Translations under genes and position numbers: made by a program | Assembly (NCBI GenBank): GCA_963712275.1 | Contig: CAVQHD010000001.1 | Span: 96,001 to 160,000 of the forward strand | Direction: 5' to 3' | Source of the DNA: an uncultured Rhabdochlamydiaceae bacterium | GTDB taxonomy: Bacteria; Chlamydiota; Chlamydiia; Chlamydiales; Rhabdochlamydiaceae | Length of the DNA stretch: 64,000 nucleotides | Part shown: positions 58,428 to 64,000 of the stretch, piece by piece | Position numbering within the stretch: position 1 is the first letter of the stretch | Layout of the letters: each line of letters begins with the position of its first letter | Notes under the pieces: generated by a model | What the model saw: the letters and a program-made list of their open reading frames with translations, nothing else | Told to the model about the DNA's origin: nothing | Database searches by the model: none

Positions 58428-61249
58428 TTTTCTCTTGGGATGATTTAAAACGTCTTTTAAAGCAGAAGCAAAGCCAAATTGTACGATGGAGCGCTCTCTT
58501 AGCCGCGATCACTTTTCTCATTTCAATTTCTACGCCGCCCCAATTTGAAGCGTGGGCAACTTTCAAGCAGTCCTCTTCTCGTACAGACCAAAGTATTGAT
58601 TTAAAAAATCTCATTCGAACTTTTTCATCGGGCACTGCTGAAGGGAATTCCAGCACTTTTATGCTCTCCGATACTGTGCTGGGCAAAGTTGTTCAGCAGC
58701 TGGGACTCCAAATCAAACTAAGCAAAGAATCTGGGTGGAAGTCTCTTCTGCAACCGATTTTCAAAAATGCTCTTATAGCCCTCAAGGTAGGAAACATCGA
58801 AGAAGAGCTTCCCCGTTTTTCATCTGTGATTTACAAAGGTGAAAAGGGTCTTACACTGAAACTGCGGAGACTCTCTGATACAGATTATATACTCTTTGAT
58901 GCCAAGAACTCTCGTTTAGCCCAAGGAACTATTGGACAGCCTCTGATTTCAGATACTTTTCAATTCACTTTAGAATACTTCCCTTCTTCCCTCCCAAAAG
59001 AGATCACTCTGACTCTTTCTCCCCTTCAAGCAGCCTCCTCTCTGCTCAGACAAAAGATGACGATCAAGCCGACCCGCGAAGACCGAACTCTGCTTATGAT
59101 TAAATGTCGAGATCCTCATAGGCAATTATGCGCTGAGATCGTTAATACACTCATGTCAATGTACGAAAGGTATCTTCTTGAAGAAAATCAACTCATTATC
59201 GGAGCTCAACTCTCTTATTTAAAGCAGCGGCAGGAAGAGCTCAGCACAAAATTTGATCAAGACATCCAAGACCATGCAAAACTGCTCAAACAAAATCTTC
59301 AATCTCAAGGTTTTTTAGGGATCAAAGATGAAATGGAATTCATCCTTGGATCCCTTCAAACACACCAAGTCCGTCTTGATGAAGTCGAACTAAACCTTCG
59401 GCAAATCGAATACCATTTAGAAAAAACAACCCTTTCTGCAAAGCAAGACAAAAACGAGACCGTTCTCGTCGAGCGTTACTCCACACTTCTTGCAGAGCAG
59501 GTGAGCACTGCAAGAGAACTCTTGAATCAAGTCCATCGGAAAGAAAAGCTCACTGCCTTTTCTACCTTAGAACACCTCTACCCGATCGGTGAAGAGTTTA
59601 ACCAAGCCCTTCACAGCTGGAAATTATCAGGTGAGGAGCTCCCTTTCCAACATAAACAGCAAGAAGTCGCAGCTGTACTTCACGATTTATTGGAACATCT
59701 CGCGACACGGCAGCAAGCTCTTCGTCAAGGAGGAGAGCTCATTCAATCTCTCGAAAGCAATTTAACCGGAATCAGCTTAGAATCTGCCAGACACTTATTT
59801 GACCATTACAGCACACAATTTGACGATCTCCATGCCCAGCTCAAGCAAATCGTATTTATTCGCGACCACCTCTTTGATCCCCATTTCGAAATCAGCACTC
59901 TTTCGAACATCCTTTCCGACCCTGTCACGCAACAGTTAGTCCAGAGATCGAGTGATTTGGAAGCGCAGCTCTGCGACAATCTGAACCGGTCCATGAAAGA
60001 TCGGGAGAGATTAAAAATAACCGTTGGAATTCACAAACGGTTTTTAGAATCCCATCTTGAGCAAACACTTGAGCTCGGAAAAGTCCGCATGGGGCTTATC
60101 AAAGAAAAACTCTCCTCCATTTACACCGTTATGAAAACACTTTTGGAGCAAGAGAGAGAAGCGCTGAAGGGAAAAATTGCCGAGCTCAAAGAAACAATGG
60201 AATCTCTCCCTAATCTTTGGGTTCATGAAAATCGACTTAAATTTAGAGCCGATCTCACAAAAGGAATGATGGAAGGCCTTGTCCACATCACAGAAGCAAA
60301 AAACCTTTCCCATTACCTTTATCAAGTGGAGTCTAGACCGCTTGATAAAGCCTATGCCCCTCTAATACCTCTTCGCTCCCTTCACCTAGTCAAAACCGCT
60401 CTTATATTTGCCTTCGGGGTAATTGGACTCTCTTTTCTATTGATCATCCAGTCACTGATCCGTGGACTTCCTGTTACCTTGACAACTCTCAAAGAACTTG
60501 GAACCCATACCTGTGGCCTTCTCTCTTTTCAATCTCCTTTAACGCTTGAATCTCTGCAAGGCTCCGATCATGAGACAATCAGACGCATGGCCGCTTTCCT
60601 TATGGAAAGTTCTGCAGAAGAATACCCAAACAACTTGAAAAGTTGGGATTTTGACAAGGAGGCTCCCCAAATTTTTTGTCCGGAGCGAGGGACTGTGTTC
60701 ATAGACACATCCCAAAGTGAGGACGAAAAATCTGGGGCAAAGCCGACACAGTCAAAAACCAACTTTTTAAGTTGTTTGGGTATAGTTGTGGCTATCATTG
60801 GGGAGCGGCAAACAAAATTCTTTCCTGCCTTGACAGCTCTTTTGAAAAAATACCATCGCACCAGTTGTGTGATCGATTGCAGTTTCGGAAAAATTGTTTC
60901 TAAAGACGATGAACCAGGCCTTTTTCAAACGTTAAATGGAACCCCCTGGGCAACCTGTTTACGCTCTCACTCCTCTTACGATTTTCTCCCTGTGGGAGAG
61001 TCTTCAACGGAAAGCGTTGAACTTTTAAAATCGGACTCTTTTCAAAAGCTCTTAAGCAATTTATCCAGCCGGTATAACTACCTCTTTATCCTCTCGCGAA
61101 CATCTGCCGATTCGTTAGAAGCAGAAGCCCTTTTAGATTTAAGCCAATCCGCAATTATTGTGGCAGAAACATCGCTCCATTCCCTTCAAGCATCTTTTTC
61201 TCGACAAAAAGAAAAAAAACATGTTACATTTATTCAATATCCAATTTAA
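58424..61249 (+). CDS. Wzc-like polysaccharide co-polymerase with a degenerate kinase-like domain and a 54-aa palindrome-encoded insert
   Basis: TM, long coiled coil, TM, then a cytoplasmic domain (CVIDC, PGL, DFLPVG, YNYLFI); coupled to wza; no canonical Walker A seen. Confidence 0.8.
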   Translation: MIFSWDDLKRLLKQKQSQIVRWSALLAAITFLISISTPPQFEAWATFKQSSSRTDQSIDLKNLIRTFSSGTAEGNSSTFMLSDTVLGKVVQQLGLQIKLSKESGWKSLLQPIFKNALIALKVGNIEEELPRFSSVIYKGEKGLTLKLRRLSDTDYILFDAKNSRLAQGTIGQPLISDTFQFTLEYFPSSLPKEITLTLSPLQAASSLLRQKMTIKPTREDRTLLMIKCRDPHRQLCAEIVNTLMSMYERYLLEENQLIIGAQLSYLKQRQEELSTKFDQDIQDHAKLLKQNLQSQGFLGIKDEMEFILGSLQTHQVRLDEVELNLRQIEYHLEKTTLSAKQDKNETVLVERYSTLLAEQVSTARELLNQVHRKEKLTAFSTLEHLYPIGEEFNQALHSWKLSGEELPFQHKQQEVAAVLHDLLEHLATRQQALRQGGELIQSLESNLTGISLESARHLFDHYSTQFDDLHAQLKQIVFIRDHLFDPHFEISTLSNILSDPVTQQLVQRSSDLEAQLCDNLNRSMKDRERLKITVGIHKRFLESHLEQTLELGKVRMGLIKEKLSSIYTVMKTLLEQEREALKGKIAELKETMESLPNLWVHENRLKFRADLTKGMMEGLVHITEAKNLSHYLYQVESRPLDKAYAPLIPLRSLHLVKTALIFAFGVIGLSFLLIIQSLIRGLPVTLTTLKELGTHTCGLLSFQSPLTLESLQGSDHETIRRMAAFLMESSAEEYPNNLKSWDFDKEAPQIFCPERGTVFIDTSQSEDEKSGAKPTQSKTNFLSCLGIVVAIIGERQTKFFPALTALLKKYHRTSCVIDCSFGKIVSKDDEPGLFQTLNGTPWATCLRSHSSYDFLPVGESSTESVELLKSDSFQKLLSNLSSRYNYLFILSRTSADSLEAEALLDLSQSAIIVAETSLHSLQASFSRQKEKKHVTFIQYPI
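60623..60782. mobile_element. 160-bp imperfect palindromic element (family C) inserted in frame in the wzc-like gene
   Basis: TACCCAAACAACTTGAAAAGTTGG...CCAACTTTTTAAGTTGTTTGGGTA, flanked by AA/TA. Removing 162 bp gives ESSAEEVVAIIG. Confidence 0.85.
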
Positions 61250-61267
61250 GCCTTCGAGGTCGCCAAT

Positions 61268-62254
61268 ATGAGACAGTGGTTTTTTGCTCTTCTGGGAATC
61301 ACTTTAACACAGACTCTTTACAGCCGTGAATTCTCTACCCACTATAAGGCTTTTGAAGAAGCCACAACACCTTGGTTCACAGGACCTCTTTTGACCCCTT
61401 CAGGACATGTTGTTCCAGAAGGGCATCAGAACTATGAGCCTTACGTCTACTGGACACAAGCAAAAGGAAATTACGACTCCCACTGGCGCCCCCATTCAGC
61501 CACTCTTTTCAATAATGTCCTGACGCAAATCACGATGCAGCTTGGAGTTCTGCCTGATACAGAATTTGATATGGCTCCTCAATTTGTCTACAACGAAACC
61601 GCAGGAGAGCATATGTGGAGGTACTCTGATCTTCCCATCACGCTTGCGTTTCAAATCTTAAAAAATACCCCTCATTCGTGGTATCCGGCAATCAAGCTCC
61701 GTTTTGCCGCAAATATCCCGATAGGGAAATTCGACAGCTTAAACCCTCTTAAGCTCGGGACCGATGCTGGCGGTGTTGGGAGCTGGCTTCCCAATGTGGG
61801 TCTTGTTTTTTCACGGCTTTTTCATATCACAGGACGCCAATACCTTGCTTCTAGAGCCTTTTTCTCCTACGCTTTCTCTACCCCTGTTGGAGTACGCGGA
61901 CTGAGCGTCTATGGAGGAGCGCCGACTCTCGCAGGAGTTAAAGGAACTCGAGGAACCGTTCATACTGGAAATGTTTTTCTTTTTTTAGCCGGCTTTGAAT
62001 ATTCTTTAACTCAAAACTGGGTTCTTGCCATCGACATCCAATACCAACATAACAATAAACGCCGATTTTCAGGCTATACCCCCGTTGGAACTGCACCAAC
62101 AAGCCCTTCTAAAGAGCTGTTTGCAGTTGCCCCTGCCATTGAATATAACTGGAATGGAAACATCGGTCTGATTGCAGGTCCCTGGCTCACTGTTTCAGGG
62201 CGCAACACTGGGCAGTTCATCAGCTATGTCGTCGCTCTTAACGTTTATCACTAG
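61268..62254 (+). CDS. Putative outer-membrane beta-barrel/transporter-like protein
   Basis: Signal peptide, WFTGPLL, amphipathic aromatic strands, C-terminal VVALNVYH. Confidence 0.65.
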   Translation: MRQWFFALLGITLTQTLYSREFSTHYKAFEEATTPWFTGPLLTPSGHVVPEGHQNYEPYVYWTQAKGNYDSHWRPHSATLFNNVLTQITMQLGVLPDTEFDMAPQFVYNETAGEHMWRYSDLPITLAFQILKNTPHSWYPAIKLRFAANIPIGKFDSLNPLKLGTDAGGVGSWLPNVGLVFSRLFHITGRQYLASRAFFSYAFSTPVGVRGLSVYGGAPTLAGVKGTRGTVHTGNVFLFLAGFEYSLTQNWVLAIDIQYQHNNKRRFSGYTPVGTAPTSPSKELFAVAPAIEYNWNGNIGLIAGPWLTVSGRNTGQFISYVVALNVYH

Positions 62255-62426
62255 AGGTAGCTCGCAAAACTCAGGGTTCGTCGATTTTCGGGTTCTTTTG
62301 AACCGATTTTCGATCCAAATTGCGGGGGTAATATACTGAAAGTCGATATTACCCCCGCAATTTGGATCGAAAATCGGTCAAAATAATCCCGAAAATCGAC
62401 GAACCCTGAGTTTTGCGAGCTACCTC
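62254..62426. mobile_element. 173-bp palindromic element, family A copy 3 (opposite orientation)
   Basis: Near-perfect hairpin GAGGTAGCTCGCAAAACTCAGGGTTCGTCG...CGACGAACCCTGAGTTTTGCGAGCTACCTC; overlaps both convergent stop codons. Confidence 0.92.
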
Positions 62427-63169
62427 TTTATAGCGATGACAGTTGCATGTCGCCCCGATGGTTTTTCTCGTCGATGAGAGAAATAATCTTGGGAGTTGCA
62501 CTGCGTGCAGATTTTTGCAATCTCCAAATGATGCGGTAAAATTCCCGCTTCCATCAATTGCTGGCGAGCCACCTCCCATAAATCAAAATAAAACGGCTTT
62601 GTCTGAAATTCCAAAAACGACTCCGGAAGCTCCGTTTTGTAATTAATAAATTGAGCACAACAAGGCCCTAGGCTCGGAGAAATTCCCACAAAGATATTTT
62701 CAGGCTTACATCCAAACCACCTCTGAAGCTCATTGATCGCTTCCCTGTAGATATTTTGAACATTTCCCCTCCAGCCAGCGTGAACGTTTCCAATAACGTT
62801 TAAAGTCGGATCATAGAAAATAGCCGCTTGACAATCTGCATGTTTAATGAGCAGCCCAAGATCTGGCTGACGTGTCAAAAGCCCATCGCACTGATCTCCT
62901 TCAATACCAAAAGGGACCTCCACAACTCGCGCTCCATGCACTTGATGCCCTCCAACAAGAGATGAACATCCAAGAACCTTTTGAATCAGCGCTCGATTAG
63001 CCTGAATGTTCTGCTCTGTATCTCCTGTCCCTCCGCCTACATTTAAAGTATTGTAAGGAAGAGGACTGACCCCGCCATGCCGCAAAAAGCTGGCATGAAC
63101 AATAGCTCCAAAGTCTTGAAAAAGCTCAAATTCGAGCCATTCGATGCTTTCTCTTTTATGCCTTAACAT
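62420..63169 (-). CDS. pgeF: PgeF/YfiH family protein
   Basis: RHGGVS, QVHG, HADCQ, HAGWRG, SPSLG and CTQC..YFSHRR motifs. Confidence 0.92.
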   Translation of the reverse strand: MLRHKRESIEWLEFELFQDFGAIVHASFLRHGGVSPLPYNTLNVGGGTGDTEQNIQANRALIQKVLGCSSLVGGHQVHGARVVEVPFGIEGDQCDGLLTRQPDLGLLIKHADCQAAIFYDPTLNVIGNVHAGWRGNVQNIYREAINELQRWFGCKPENIFVGISPSLGPCCAQFINYKTELPESFLEFQTKPFYFDLWEVARQQLMEAGILPHHLEIAKICTQCNSQDYFSHRREKPSGRHATVIAIKR

Positions 63170-63240
63170 TTATGATCCTAACATAGAATGGAACTGAGTC
63201 ATTTGACTTTTTTTTGCTTCATGATGACCTTTGCTAGCCT

Positions 63241-64000
63241 ATGGATCCATCGGTCGGCGTGGTTATGGGGCTCTTTTTTAATTCTTTCGTTCATCTTAGC
63301 TTTTTATTCTTCTGTTGCCTACCCTTTTTCTCTTCTTATACTTGCCCTTCTGTTTGTTTTGTTCTGGCTTCTTAAAACCCCCATTGAAGGCGGCAAACGG
63401 CATTTTCTATCCCTTGTTGCCATTGGCATCGCAGCGGGACTAAATTTTCACTGGATCCCAGGTTTTTGCAATTGGCATGTTTCAGGATCGTTTTGGTTAA
63501 ATTTTGATAAACCACTCATGGGTTTATTCCCCCTTGTTTTTCTGATCCCTCTCTGTCAAACCCAAAGCGACTGGATTAAAGTCGGACTCAAAGCAATTCC
63601 TCTGACGCTGATTGTCATCTTTGGACTGGCCTCTCTTGCTCTAGGCACAGGAGCCATTCAGTGGCAGCTTAAACTGCCTTCCCACTTTTTCATCCGTGTG
63701 ATCTCTAATTTATTTTTAGTTGTGATTCCTGAAGAGGCTTTTTTCCGAGGTTTTTTACAACGAGAGCTCTCTCACCGTATTGGCAGAGGAATCCTTGGGA
63801 CTGCGCTCGGAATCGTCGGCTCTGCCCTTGTTTTCATGCTGTTTCACCTTAACTGGGGTGCCTCGCCCGCGCTACTCGCTTTTGTCTTACTGGCAGGGAT
63901 TCTTTATGGAGTGATCTATGAACTTTCTGGCTTTCTTGAAGGAAGCATTCTATGCCACTACGCCGTTAACCTCTTACATATGCTCTTTTTCAGCTACCAT
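63241..64000 (+). CDS. CPBP-family intramembrane metalloprotease (CAAX protease-like), runs off the window
   Basis: Hand translation from ATG 63241: hydrophobic, with PEEAFFRGFLQ, FH and HYAVN motifs. Confidence 0.85.

Overview
This window looks like the chromosome of an environmental chlamydia (phylum Chlamydiota). The call rests on the chlamydial-type 16S/23S sequence, an ITS without tRNAs, and chlamydial gene neighbourhoods (nrdR-dksA-lspA, tadA-rpsO-pnp, eukaryote-type UDP-GlcNAc pyrophosphorylase next to gpsA). Housekeeping blocks are: dcw genes (murC/murG/ftsW/LysM/murD), prmC-prfA-rpmE, rpsO-pnp, nadE, htpG, one minus-strand rRNA operon, nhaD-kdsD-icd, and LPS/polysaccharide genes. The main unusual signals are: (1) At least three unrelated families of ~160-173-bp long-hairpin palindromic elements. 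Two of them are exactly 160 bp with TAC...GTA ends, and each sits in frame inside an intact gene (a Fic protein and a Wzc-like protein), adding 54 amino acids. The third family sits at gene ends and supplies stop codons. (2) A 23S rRNA gene with three group I introns. L1923 and L1931 are separated by an 8-nt exon. The L1931 homing-endonuclease stop codon straddles the 3' splice site. The third intron, near position 2533, has a guide sequence predicting an A-U rather than U.G 5' splice site. (3) An AbiEi-antitoxin/trypsin-like protease fusion under a double palindromic operator. (4) A ~6-kb integrase-less islet at tRNA-Phe with an IS66 element, whose cargo genes are nearly all damaged. (5) Candidate host-directed proteins, including a RING-H2 protein. 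All calls come from reading the sequence by eye. No database searches or folding programs were run.
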